Part shown: piece by piece, positions 26,602-39,734 of the stretch
How the letters are laid out: each line of letters starts with the position of its first letter
Position numbering within the stretch: position 1 is the first letter of the stretch
Source: Tubulanus polymorphus
Lineage: Eukaryota; Animalia; Nemertea
Assembly: GCF_964204645.1 (NCBI RefSeq)
Contig: NC_134025.1
Coordinates: 20,001,101-20,065,100 of the forward strand
Reading direction: 5' to 3'
Length of the DNA: 64,000 nt
Position numbers and translations under genes: made by a program
Notes under the pieces: model-generated
The model's input: only the letters and a program-made list of their open reading frames with translations
Database searches by the model: none
Told to the model about the DNA's origin: nothing

Positions 26602-29600
26602 CTATTGACAAACAGTAACCTTGACCTTATCCACAATTGTGGCAAGCTGATCGAAATTGGAAACGTGCATCTTATTTTGTTCCTTAGGGGGAGAAGCCAT
26701 CGACTTAAGCGACTTCTCGTCCATTTCCGAGCCAACGCCAACCGCTATCATCCTCGCCCCGGTGTCTTGTAGATCCAGAATGGATTTCGGTAAACTGAGT
26801 TTGTCGCTTGCCTTACCATCTGTGATAACCATAACAAGTTGTTTTACCCATCGCCGGCTTCCTTTTTTACTGGTCAACACATCCGTACGGACAAGATCAA
26901 GGGCCTTAGCAGTGTAAGTGCCACCACCTGAAATACAGAGTAAAGAAAAAATCTTAATCTAGTATAGTATTCATACAAAAACGTAGGGTGTTTTTAAGCC
27001 AGTAAACTTAGCGGTAGCGCATTAGCATGGTGGCTGATTCGGGCCACGCCGAGATTTTTCGAACACGTTCGAGCACGGAAAATCTCAACACGAATTTGAT
27101 GTGAGAAAACAAATATCAACGCGATAAAACAAAAAATAAAGCGAGAAAACAAATATTTAGCGTGAGAAAACAAAATAATTTGTTTTCTCACCCGAAATAT
27201 CTATTTTCTCGCGATTAAAATTATTTTCTCGCTATGAGATTTGTTTTGGCGAGTTCGAGGAAGCGAACGCTTGTTTTTACGAATTATTGATGCGATGACA
27301 GGTCAGCCTACATTAACATCACCAGAGTGTGGTAGTCTACTGAAAATGTTATCAAAACCATATCGGATACTTATCGCATTCTGGTGTTCCTAGCAACGAT
27401 GATCGCCGAAAGCATTAGGAAAAGGGTTACACAATTATTGTTATGCAATTTGATTCAACGTAATGAAGTATATTTCACTACACTCCATTTTTTTAAATCC
27501 TTCCGTATGTAAATGAATATGTATGTGTAAAAGTATATTTATGTATTTTGTGATGAAGATAAATGCGTGGATCTGCGGAGATATAAGCTTTCATCATTTA
27601 GATGTGTAATGAACACGTTAGTACATAGAAAATGCTTCCATTGCCAGTCAGATGTTGAACTAAACTGACCTTACATACGCGCTCTCCTCGACCCCGCCAA
27701 AACAAATCTTAAAGCGAGAAAACAAATTTAATCGCAAGAAAACAAAAATTAACGCGAGAAAATAAGTATTTCGGCCGAGAAAAATAAAATAATTTGTTTT
27801 CTCGCACTAAATATTTGATTTCTCGCGTAATCTTTTGTTTAAGCGACCCCGTCAAAACAAAAAATACCGCGAGAAAACAAATACATCGGGTGAGAAAACA
27901 AAATATTTTGTTTCCTCGGCCGAAATTTGTGTTTTCTCTGAGTATGAAAATAACGGCTTATTTCTAGAAACAAATACTTAACAACTGATACACAAAATAT
28001 CGCAATTCACGTGCCAGTACCCAGCAAGGGGATCCTGGCCTAAAAAGGGCAGTATTTTCGAAAATTACATTTTTCACGCATAATGCATGACATTTCGTAT
28101 GTTTGTTTTGGAGAGTACAAGGGGCAGCAGTGGTGAGGACAGAGCATAGGCAGTATTAAGTTATTTAAGGGGTCTTGGAGATTTTTGAAAAGCAATTCAA
28201 GCCATTTTGGTACATACTATGGATATGTGGGGCTCTTTCCCAGATATCGTTTTCTCCCCGTGTAAAACACTTTATTTTAAGTTTTTACAACTGTTCCTTC
28301 CTGTAAACTGCAAGAATCAGTGAAGGGGGAAATATGGAGATGTTACGGATAGAAAATGCAAGACCATGAATTTTTTGATGTAAAAATACGTATTTTTGTT
28401 GGTTGGAAAATATTTCTTTTCCATTACCAAATGAGAAAGAATTAGAAAGATACCTACATAAATGAAACTGGAGCAAAATAAACCTTATGCCTTCTTGGGA
28501 GTTTATTGTGGAATGTGCCCTTTTAAAATTCACTTTCAAAAGTAGCGCTTTTTGAAGTGCTTTGGCGTAGATTTGATATAATTTCCGTCGTTAGAGGGTC
28601 CTAACGGGGAATGTTAACGTAAAATCCACTTTTGATGGGAGTTTTGTCACAAAAGTGCCTTTTGGACGATAATCTATTGTAAAAGTACACTACAGAAAAC
28701 ATTTATTGCGATGGTGTTGAAGTAACAAACAAGGTACCCCGGTATGGTGGCTGATAAGGGCCATAGTGTAAAATTCCTGGTATGTAAATGAGGGCGCCAG
28801 AACGCCAGAACGCCAAAACAAGGAAAAACGTAGAGAAATGTCGACGATTTTCGTTGTTTTGGCGGGGGCGCCAAAATGAAAGTTCGTTTTGGTGGGGGCG
28901 CCAAAACGGAATTTTCTTTGTTTTGGCGCGCTAAAACGAACTTTCAGAGAAAATTGGACGTTTTTTTTCGTTTTGACGTTCTGGCGTTCTGGTGCCCTCA
29001 TTTACATACCAGGAATTTTACGCTATGGCCCTTATCAGCCACCATACCCCGGCAAAATGTTGTCGGTTAATTTAAGTTGATATTAAGGGAGCCCGTGGAG
29101 GGGGTATCGGGACTCCCACCCTTGCATTGATATCGCCATCTTCCATCTGGCTTCACCTACGACGCCTTTACAAACTTGACGAAGTCTGGTATTCTGCTAG
29201 TGATCGTGTTTTTGTGATATGTATTTTTATACCGTATTCAAGCATGCATTTATTTAATCATTATTTTACCTGTGTACTTCACTGAGTCAACAGCAGTTTT
29301 GAGTTCTGCCGCCGAAAAATGTTCGTTCAGGTAGAACACAACTTCAACTTCGTTTTTGTTTGAATAACGAACTAGGGATACACGCACTTTAGTTGGACCG
29401 ATGGGCATATCGGAAACAACCTTTTGCACGAAGAGTAGCATCTTCTTGAAGTTTTCACCCTTAACGCTGCTGGAGGCATCAAGCACAAAGACTATATCAG
29501 CACGGAAATTTGTCTTGCATTCTATAAGACAATAAAAGAAAGCAAACTATTCTCTCTGGCTGCTTACGTACCGTACAGAGGGTGATAGGCCTGCTTTGAC

Positions 29601-32440
29601 CCATCTATTCTAGTTTCTTCTAGTGTATGGTTATAGAACTTTAACACCATATTAATTTGAAAACGGTGTGAGAGTAAAGCGCATTCGCCGTAAAGTTACA
29701 CGTGGCGACAATATTATGAAATTACCATAACACAGGTCTCCTTTAAACAACCAACCATTCGGACAAGCGCGCGCCTCGGCTGAAAGAACAGACAAAAAAT
29801 TAAGATTTGCGTTAAAACATCTCGCAAAGTCCGAATGGATTGAAAGACTTACTGCAATCTTTTTCTTCCAAATCTCGGACGACGGAATGGAGCTTATCAT
29901 AGCCAGAGACAGCAAAAACATTTTCATCTCCTGGAGCCGAGACAATCGTCTGCAACCCGTTTACATCAGCTCCAGTACCAATTGCAACAGCCATAACTTT
30001 CGCACCTTCCCCTTGTAGCACAGCACTTATCTCCTTTACACTATCTGAGGCATATCCATCGGTTATGAGCACCACCAGATTTTTTGCCCATTCACGCATT
30101 CCTTTATTTACCTGCACATAGAATTTTAGTACATTCGCAAACAAAGACCACGAAAAATGCCAAATTTTTCAAGCGATTCAATTTCTTTCAATGGCCTCAA
30201 TTTCCTACTGTAGTTCTTATTGATGAATCATTTAGAATCTTATTTTTTCATGATTCTATTTGTTCGATTGCTAGTATGAGTTGTTTTATGGTCAGGTTCG
30301 AATGTGGTGTTTAATGATAAGACTGAATAAGGAAAATTACATCTGTAGTAGAATGATTTGGTTACTTTGTTGCTCTCGGGACTTCAAGTCCCCTGTCGCG
30401 TGAAAATGCCTTTTTGTGAGATTCAACAGAAATAAATCGTTCCTGTTCTCCTGAACTTCTATCATATGGCCCTTTTCAGTCATATGGACTGATCATCACA
30501 TGTTCATATGAGTAGACTATTAAAGGCAATTCTATACTGCGAAAAGATCTCACCTTAAATACTTGGTTTTTGACCATTTTTAGCGCGTATCCGCTGTAGG
30601 TCATTCCACCGACATAGTCAATACTGTCGATTCCTGCCAGAACTCCATCTTTTGAAAATTGGCTGTTCAAAAATAGAAATACTTTTGTCGTGGCTTTATT
30701 CGAGTATCGGACAGCTGCCACTCTGACCTCATGCTCGCCGATTCTCAGTTTCTTGACTACGCTGTCGCAGAACTGTTTTATTTTCTCGAAATTAGCGGCT
30801 CCGACGCTTAAAGACGCATCTATGACGAAGACTATATCAGCAATTTGGAATGTCGAGCACTCTGAAATAAAATCGGAAATTTTATGATGTCATAGTAGGT
30901 TTGAAAGGCAATCCCTTTTCCAGAAAAGTTCATAATTGAGCTAGTAACTCACTGACACATCTGTCCACTTTCAGTTCATAACCTTCTTCACACATTGGCC
31001 GTGTTCCTTAAAGAGAATGAGCGGACACGATATATTTCGCATCGCCAAGTCTATGAAGACTAGAAAAAACGAAGTTGAGTTGATTATGTGAAAACTAGTT
31101 ATCATTCATTAGTTATTGATTACATCTAACACCAAAACTTACAATTCAATTTAGAATCAAATCAAGTATGGAGGCTGATTCGCGAGAATTCAGAAAAGAA
31201 TAATTAAACCTCCAGTACAGTAGGTTTTACCATGGTTCATCAAATTACCTCCAAACCAAAGCCAACATTTATCAATACAGTTATTATCATCATCATAAGT
31301 TTGATGAAGTAAAAGTGAATGATGAAAGTAGTGTACTAGAATACGAATCAGCCACGATTTTGTGGCATTTTTTCCAAAACTTACTGCACGTTGATTCTTT
31401 CAGTTTACCAATGATTCCGTGTAGCTTGGAAAAATCGGCAGCGCGGAGAAGATGTTCTCCTTTAGGTTTTGACGCCATGTATTCGAGTTCCGTTTCGTTT
31501 AGTTTTTTGCCGATTCCAACTACGAACAATCTGGCTCCTTTCAAACGTATCCGACGAAGAGCCTTAGGTAGCCTTTTCCGATCCGTCGATGCGCCGTCGG
31601 TCAAGATAACAACCAATTTTGGTACATTCTTATAGATGATAAATCAGAAGTGTTTGAAAATTGTATGGAAAAATGAAAATCATTGCTTCGACAATCTAAT
31701 CAAATGATGCGATCTGATTTGAAAAAAAAACTAATTCCTAATATTCAAAAGAATGCTTTATCCGGACAACCATATTCACCTTTCTTGCACCTTTTGATCT
31801 GCGCAGCACCTTTCTGCGAATATAGCTCAAAGCGTACGCAGTGTAAGTAGGTCCCTTCACGTATTTCATAGCGGCAATGTGCGTTTTGACGTCTTCCAAC
31901 GTCTTATATTTGTTCAAGTAGAAAATCTTCTTCGTTTTTTTCTTACTCGAGAATCGAACCAAGGAAACCTGTACGTTGTTCGGGCCGATGGGGAATTGTG
32001 AGACGACATCTTGGATAAAATCCTTCATGATCACGAAGTTCTTCGCTTTGACACTACCGGATGCATCGACGAGGAAGACGAAGTCGGCTTTGAACGAGTC
32101 GGTGCAGTCGTTTGTTATTTCGTCTGGTGTAGTTTCAGAAAATGACATTGAATAACCATAGTTAATGAGGTTAAAAAAGTTAGACTATTCTGTGCTAGCC
32201 TTTACGCTCGGGGATAATGAAATTGAATTTTTGAACTAACCTTTGTCCACGGTCTTGTTGCATAATTTACAGGAAATCCCGCACGAAGCCAGCATATATT
32301 TGGGATTTTTCGCACATTCTCCGATGCTGGCCCAGTAAGCGCAGTTTTTGTGATAATCCTCGCATTTCTCTACAACACGAATTTAAGACAAGGCACATAG
32401 AGGCATAGGCATTTAAAAACAGAATTAACTAGTAAAATGT

Positions 32441-32510
<70 letters not shown>

Positions 32511-35500
32511 TAATTTCAAAAATTATCGGTCAAAAAGTGTTAACTTGAATAGGCAAAATAGCTAAGCCAGAGATTAACTTTTGTTTAAATCCAACCGCTG
32601 TCCGAAGCTCGGGGTGATTTACTCCAATGGGTTTGGGCGTGGTCATCCGGCAGCAGATCGATTCATAACTTTAATTTCTTCTAGATGGCAAACTAGCCAA
32701 TCTGGCAGCGATTAGATAGCGCCATTCTTGTTTTTTTTTTTACATAATGTAATGCATGTTTTTCTTTATCCGTATACAATAAACCATTTTACAGTTGCTA
32801 GCCACCATTAGGGTGAATAAAGTTATCTTATCTTAGCTCAAGCTGCATTAGCATGCTCTAGGGCTGTCTTACAGTCGTTTAAATGCACAACTGGAAGCGC
32901 TAGGTTTCGAAAATGTTGATAAAAGTAAACAAAAATACCCGAAAAAAATGCTTCAACGTTTTTGAAAAGAATATTCTTCAGCGATCAGTTCCATTTCATT
33001 GTGAAGCGGACCAACACGTAGAAAGTGATCGTTAACCCAGCTCTACGTACCTACAATCGGCTTACCACCGGTACATACTTTACACGACTGGCGACATTTA
33101 GATTTCATGTAGCCAGGATTTTCCTCACATTCGCCAATTTTCGCCCAGTAAACGCATTGCGGAGCGTCATTTTTACATTCACCTATAATATACATGTATA
33201 TGCGTATATACAAATACGATAAGAACAGATAATTCTTAATTCGGTATTCTACTTACCCGTTATTTCCGCCGCTTTGTCGCCAGATTTGCAAACATTGCAA
33301 GATTTTTTACAATTAATTAGCATCCAATCAGGGTTCTTGACACACTCTCCAATATTTGCCCAAAAATCACATTTATTGTGATCATCAACGCATTCGCCTG
33401 CATAAATAGTTCCAAAAGATGTCGATAAATCGATACAATATTTATACGTTAGATTATTCAAAAACGTAGAATATGGAGAGAAATATCTTGCTGAGAGAAG
33501 GATCTTTATTTCAACACCAACATGATTACCGCTTCATATATTCATAAATGGTGGTGCATGGAGCTGATTTATGGAGCACTAGCATTAGCTTCGGTAAAGC
33601 TCTTTCAAATGTGTTTTAATTGGCGAGCAATCGATTTTGTCAAACAGCCCATGGGGTGGTTCTGTATAGGTTAACTTAACTGAGCCTATTAGTTGCTATA
33701 AACATTAAAAAAAGACCTGTTTCGGATTGAAAAGGCCACCTTTTCGGACTTAGATACATCCTACCCCGGCAGGGATTCGAACCTGGTGGCATCGAGATTG
33801 CCACGGTACGAAACCCTGCCACACTAGACCGAGTGCGCAGCTTAGATGATGTCATTATCAGCCAATCAGATATCCCGTTTTTTAGCCCGGGTTTTCCCAT
33901 CTATAGTTCTTCTGTGAAATTTACCCTCAGCGATTATATAACGAGCGATCTGATTGGTGCCGCAAGTTTTCGTGCGGCAAAGCTACGCATGTACCTGCGC
34001 ACCCGGTCTACTGTGGCAGGGGTTCGTGCCGTGGCTGAGTGGAGCGATACCATCAGGTTCGAATCCTTGCCGTGGAAGGATGACTTAGATAGCGCCCGGT
34101 TTGTGTTGAGATAAAGATTCCCTGTATAAAAAAAACATTGGCGATCCGTATTTGATCAAGCAATCCATTTATCTACTTAAGATGCAGCATTCAAAGTCCA
34201 GAAATGGCGTGATCATTAATTATCAAGGAAAGTAGTGGTAGTTGAAGCTACGTACAATGATTGATATCTAATATTGATGTTTATTGTTTGTGAACGAATT
34301 ACAACTAAGTAATGTAACACAGATTTGATAAATTGAAGACGAAAATCGTGTGGTGTTGCGAGGGTCGGTGAAGGCAATCTCATCCCTCGATTTTACAGAA
34401 CCAGTCCTAATCAAAATATTGAAATTCAATTCCTTAATAGTATATTCATATTTCAATTTAACAACTAAGTCTCCAGCGAAAAGCTCCAAAATGAAGTAAT
34501 ACGGTCATAGGAAATCCTTGTCATTTCAAAGGATGAAATTGGTTCAAGAATGACGTTATGATTTCTGTGTATATATCTCATTCAAAAGATATCACTTTGA
34601 CGAAGTAAAGATGGTGTATGAAATACAAAATATGTAAGTGGTTTGTTGAGTAAACTTGTGCCCGTGAAGCTTCGCTCATCTTCGAAGGATGGATATCGGA
34701 AAATGTTAACGGACCTGTTTCCTCTGAGGTCTCACGCGTCGATTCCGGTTCTGGTTCTACTGTTGGTGTTGGTGTTGCTGCTGCTGCTGTAGTTACTGTT
34801 GTTGTTTTTGCTGCTGCTGTTGTTGTTACTGATGTTGTTGCTGCTGCTGTTGTTGTCGGGACGACGCAAATACCGCATGACTTCTGACAGTTGTACAGCA
34901 TGTACAAGGGGTTTTTATCGCATTCACCTCGGTTGGCCCACTGTGGGCAAGACTTGTGCCCATCGATACATTCTACACGAAAAAGATATGATGGTGAGCT
35001 ACCAAAGATACCTTTAAAACATCTCGAGCGGGTCTTATCTTTCATAGATTTGAAACAAAGGAAATCAGTTGCAAATGAATTATGTATGCCATTCAGAAGA
35101 GAACAAAGATATACCTTGTTTACAGATATGACAGGAATCTTTACATTTCCACAACATATATTTCGGGTTCTTTTTGCATTCCCCACTACGAACCCATTCT
35201 TGACATCTAGTATTACTATCCGGACAGTTGGCTGTAAATTACCAGAACGTGTTTCATTTCAAGCATTTACGCGAATAGAATATGCGGAAAAGTCACACGG
35301 AAATCGAATCTCACGTTTGCCGCACACTTTACAAGCTTTCTGGCATTTGTACATCATGTAATATGGGTTCTTGTAACACTCTCCGTGTATAGCCCAACGC
35401 ACGCATGATTTGCTCTCTTCCTTGCACTCTGCAATTGATTGAAATACTGTGTGTGCATATTGTAAACAATTTTCATATTCCCAAGCGTAATAATTGAAGA

Positions 35501-38282
35501 ATAGCATGAGTTCGTTTGAAAGATATTCCAAGAGCATAATATTTTGCATTGCCGAGATCACTGTAATCGCATTGTTACATCAATAAGAAAAAGATTCACT
35601 TGTGCCTTGTGGTAGGAGTGGGGACGAGCCGCGTATGACTTTAGATTCCATAAATCACACGACAAATTATCATCATACCTGGATAACAGGAGTGGCAAGA
35701 ATCCCTACATTTCAACAACATGTACTTCGGATTCTTTAGACATTCTCCTCTGCGGGCCCATTCCGGGCATTTGTCATTTTGGTCCGGGCAATTAACTGCA
35801 AAATTGTAGTAAAGTCCATGATATCATCATTGTCTGAACCGACCACCATGAATCAAAGGCAAGAACATATTGAAATAATTTTTGAACTCACGTTTTGGCT
35901 CACCACAGATTTTACAAGCTTTCTGACATTTATACATCATATAGTACGGGTTTTTGTAGCATTCTCCATTTATAGCCCAACGTGTGCACATTGTGTTATC
36001 ATCTTTACACTCTGTAAGAAAAGATGATACTGCTGTAATATACCGAACGTTTGGTGACTTCGGTCTGGATATTTCGAATGAATTTCGTCATGAAACATTT
36101 ATTGATAATTTTTCTAACTTTTGATAAGTACCGCATGATATCGTACAATGAAATGGCTACCATTCCGTTTTGATTAACCTAAAAACTTGCTATGTATTTT
36201 GTCCGATTTCAGGTTATGGAGAGAGATACTAATTTTGGTTCCAAAATCCCTTCGATCAGAAATATAAGGCTTAATGCAACTGAGAGGTATGATTGAGCCT
36301 CTTATACTGAACTAGCTGAAAGCCCGTAATTTATGGGCGTTTGGTATGCTCAGGGAGTTGGGTTGCCTTCCTTATCAGCGAACGACGTTGCTCGGGAAGA
36401 GGGTGGGAAATTAAGACTCGGTGAAGCAATGGTCAGCAAAAATCCCAAACGCAGGAAAGAGCTGATGAAATATACTTTTTTTACCTAGCTCTAACATACA
36501 TTATCTGCAGATGTTTTTAGATGTGAGTGAGTGTTCGTTCACATCTCCGCACAATCCAAGAAGAGTGATTTCCCCATTCGCATCATACGTGTCCCTGGAT
36601 AAAGCAGCCACGAGGGAGTGAAGTAAATCGCACTTACCTGGTCGGCAGAGGTGGCAGGAATCTTGACATTTAAGCAACATGTATTTCGGGTTCTTCAAAC
36701 ATTGTCCTTTGCGGGCCCACTCAGGACATTTGGCATGTTTGTCCGGACATTTAGCTGCAAAAAATGTCACGCCATAATGCATTCATCTTGCCATAGATTA
36801 GGTGGCATATAGTGGCCGATAAAGGAAATTCTTGGCCGAGACAAGATTTTATGCTACATCTCAATTTACTTATGAGTAATGCAATGTTTTGGTCCCACTC
36901 AGTAGGATGCCAAAACAACCTTAGTGTTTCGTCGACACATTTACTGTTGCTGCAGGAAAATTTACTACGGAAGAGTTCGAAGCCCAAATATATCGATCAC
37001 AATTACCAAGTAGAATCACGCACGAAAGGAACGGAACTTACGATTTGGCTCGCCGCATATTTTACACGCTTTCTGGCATTTAAACAACATATAGAATGGG
37101 TTCTTGTAGCACTCTCCATGTATAGCCCAACGCGTGCATGATTTGCTTTCGTCTTTACATTCTATAACAAAATATGTAAAATGTTATCGCACGATGCAGT
37201 GATGGGAAAGTCCTGGGATCAATCACTGACCAAAAGTTATTTACTGGTCTTGGACCAACGGCAATGGCTTTTTAAAACGTAGTCTTTGCACTACTCCCAA
37301 AAAGCGTATCTTATTGAAGTCATTCGGGAATGACAAGTAATTAAAGTTCTCGTCTGTGAATAAGACATTGAGTGTATTTTCAGGTTAGGTATACCATGGA
37401 CGTATAAATCTAGTTTATACGTCCATGGGTATACACATGAGGTCACAGAACGTCTTATAAGCCGCCAGAGCGAGCGGCTAACTGAAGTAAAAAGTCACTT
37501 TTGATGGGAATTTGAGGCCAATGTGACGCATGTGAACAGTGCGTGCGACACGACCTCTCTTGCTGGAGATGTAAATCAACAAGCTTACCCGATTTGCAGA
37601 GGCCGCATGATTTTTTACATTTCATCAGCATATATTTTGGATTCTTCCTGCATTCCCCTCTTTTTGCCCATCCAGCACAAGATTTATGACCATCTCCGCA
37701 CTCATCTATTCGAAAAGTGCACTTTGTCATTTGAGATCATGATTATTGACGTCCGTTATTGACGAGTAAGGAGGATGTTTGTATCGTCGTGCGATACTAG
37801 CTGCGATCACACGAGTACTACTGGGCCGCGCCAACTTAGGCCCGGAACAACCTGTTCACACGGGTGCCATAATGGGCCAGTCGTCATATATGGCCGAATC
37901 AAAACCGTCGGATCAGGCCTGAGACAAAGTTTTAACACAAAAAAGTGTTAGGTCAAATGATTGTAACCTGATCTCTGAAGTGACTCCACTTTGTTTACGC
38001 ATTGTTTAGTATCGGGTGAGTGGTTTGCGTGTGACCACGCTCTCTTAGGCACGGGCCAAATGTAACTCGGGCCTGATCCAGGCTAAATCGTCACCGTGTG
38101 ATCGCGGCTACTGTTAGAAAGCTTCATGGGCCAAAAGAAATTCTCCAAAATTATCCATTAGAATGGTTAACTGTATCTGTACTATCAGATCATCTCATTT
38201 TTTTAAATCTAGCATTACCTCCCGCAATCGCAGTTCCTGGTAGCAGGATGAACACCGCCCACAATGAAAGCGATATGAACAT
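26602..38282 (-). CDS. Secreted multidomain protein of about 1080 aa: signal peptide + 10 ShKT domains (Thr/Ala-rich spacer after ShKT7) + 3 VWA domains; 19 coding exons
   Basis: Signal exon 38282-38219. ShKT exons 37705-37589, 37161-37042, 36754-36638, 36011-35892, 35795-35679, 35428-35315, 34972-34715, 33397-33257, 33182-33066, 32369-32241 (C.D....C..WA..GEC.KNP.YM...C..SC..C). VWA exons 32123-31780/31628-31385, 30861-30554/30111-29853, 29521-29270/26927-26602, with MIDAS DASGS/DASLS/DASSS and TDG. Linker exons 31006-30953 and 29779-29726. Splice phases are consistent throughout. Confidence 0.88.
27050..27945. mobile_element. Intronic MITE-like repeat with GCGAGAAAACAAA subrepeats in both orientations
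   Basis: Clusters of (gc)gagaaaacaaa / tttgttttctcgc at 27100-27250 and 27700-27940; the same motif recurs at 50290-50400. Confidence 0.5.
28738..29052. mobile_element. Foldback MITE with about 75-bp terminal inverted repeats
   Basis: ggtatggtggctgataagggccatagtgtaaaattcctggtatgtaaatgagggc... is mirrored at 28977-29048. Confidence 0.85.
32443..32508. repeat. (TA)n microsatellite
   Basis: About 33 consecutive TA units. Confidence 0.98.
33750..34092. mobile_element. Inverted pair of tRNA-like (B-box) arms around a CCAAT-containing spacer
   Basis: Left arm (minus) and right arm (plus) both read ctgcgcac.cggtcta.tgtggcaggg.ttcgt.ccgtggc...cca.caggttcgaatcc.tgccg.gg.aggatg. Confidence 0.7.
37395..37427. 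mobile_element. 33-bp CATGGAC..GTCCATG mini-element with 7-bp TSD
   Basis: ggtatac|catggacgtataaatctagtttatacgtccatg|ggtatac. Confidence 0.8.
37799..38109. mobile_element. PIF/Harbinger-like MITE
   Basis: TIRs agctgcgatcacacg / cgtgtgatcgcggct flanked by a 3-bp act duplication. Confidence 0.65.
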
Positions 38283-39734
38283 ATTTGATTCCCTGTAAAT
38301 ATATGAGAATAATGATTTATTTATTAGATTCACTCACAGATGATAACAGAAAATAGAGCATCATTCAAGAGGAACTGTGACCACGGTGCGCTCTAACAGT
38401 GCGGGGGACGGGCGCGCTCTTACAGTTAATCTAGTAGAATGGGAGAGGACTGCCAAAAAATTGGCTAGAAAAAAGATTTTGTTCAATCGATGAGTCATAC
38501 GGACCTTCTCGGTACTGTTAGAAAGTCAGCATCTTGGAGCTTCGGACGCTGGGTGTTGTTACCCTGACAACAGGTGCAGTTTTGCAGCAATCAGTTGTCA
38601 AGGTGGTCAAGGTGACAACAGCGCTCTCCTCCTTTCAGTTTACCTTATCTAGTTACTTCTAATTCTAACTCACTAGTTAACTCTAACTCACAACTGTGGA
38701 ACTGGGTCCTCAGCAATAACTCGTAAACTATGAGATGTAGCCTTAAAATTTCAAAACTACAAATTATTGCAGATAATTGTCAACCATTACCTATGAAATA
38801 CAAAAACTGCATATAGGTATTTACCACCGAACTAAGCGGTTCTACGATAAGGTACGTGCAGCCAAACCTGGACATTCAACATTTAACATAATTTTGACAG
38901 CGAACCACCGGTTCCTAAATGTGGTGGGATGGATGGCGCGTTGTGGCTGCACAGTCGAATTTGCAAAACAATCAAAATATTGTGTTTAAACAAGTAACAT
39001 CGATGAGATAAGAGGCAAACGGTCAGTCTAATAACACTTTGAATCGTATTTTTGGGCCAACTCTATAAAGAATCGTTACTGCATTAAGTCCGTGCCTCAG
39101 TTCCAAAGTTGTAAGTTGGAGTTAACACTGAGTTAAAATTAGTTCATCTTCAATGAGTTAACTCTGAGTCAAATTATAACTCAGAACTGAAGTACTGGGT
39201 CTATCTATCTAATCAAGTAAATCATTTTAACCAAGTAAAACACTCAAAAATACATTTTCAAATTTGAAATATTGCATTTTTTGGCACTGCCTAATGTGCT
39301 GGGAGTGTGTGGGTCCGCGGTTTGATTTTTCTGTGTATTTTCATGGATCAACATGGAATCGTTCCATAGCCATCTATAAAATATTGTTCAAAATCTTTTT
39401 TTCATATCATGTACCGCAAAAAATTAATCATTGCAGGGTAAAAAATCATGTCTATGTGGTGTTGATTTAGGGCGAATAAAACGCACCTGAAAAAAATCTA
39501 AACTGTCGATCGTTAAAAGCTGTTGCTTTTGAAATACGATTGTCAAATGTCAGGTGCCGACGATTTATGGCACGTGCATTTTTAAGGATTCGAATATGAA
39601 AATATCCATCCACCGTGACGCAATTCCACCGTATCATCATAATAGTGTCATTTATATAGCGCAGGGATCCCAACCACAGTCAGTTCAAATGCGCACCAAA
39701 TTTGGCATCATTACCCATAAACTCCCATATATTC

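Noticed and set aside
29726-29779. Separate C-type lectin gene
   Set aside because: Only the CPxGW..CY loop is present, with no CTLD body. It parallels the other inter-VWA mini-exon.
34799-35361. Plus-strand ORFs such as the poly-Leu 72 aa and 156 aa frames
   Set aside because: Antisense shadows of the ShKT and Thr/Ala-rich exons.
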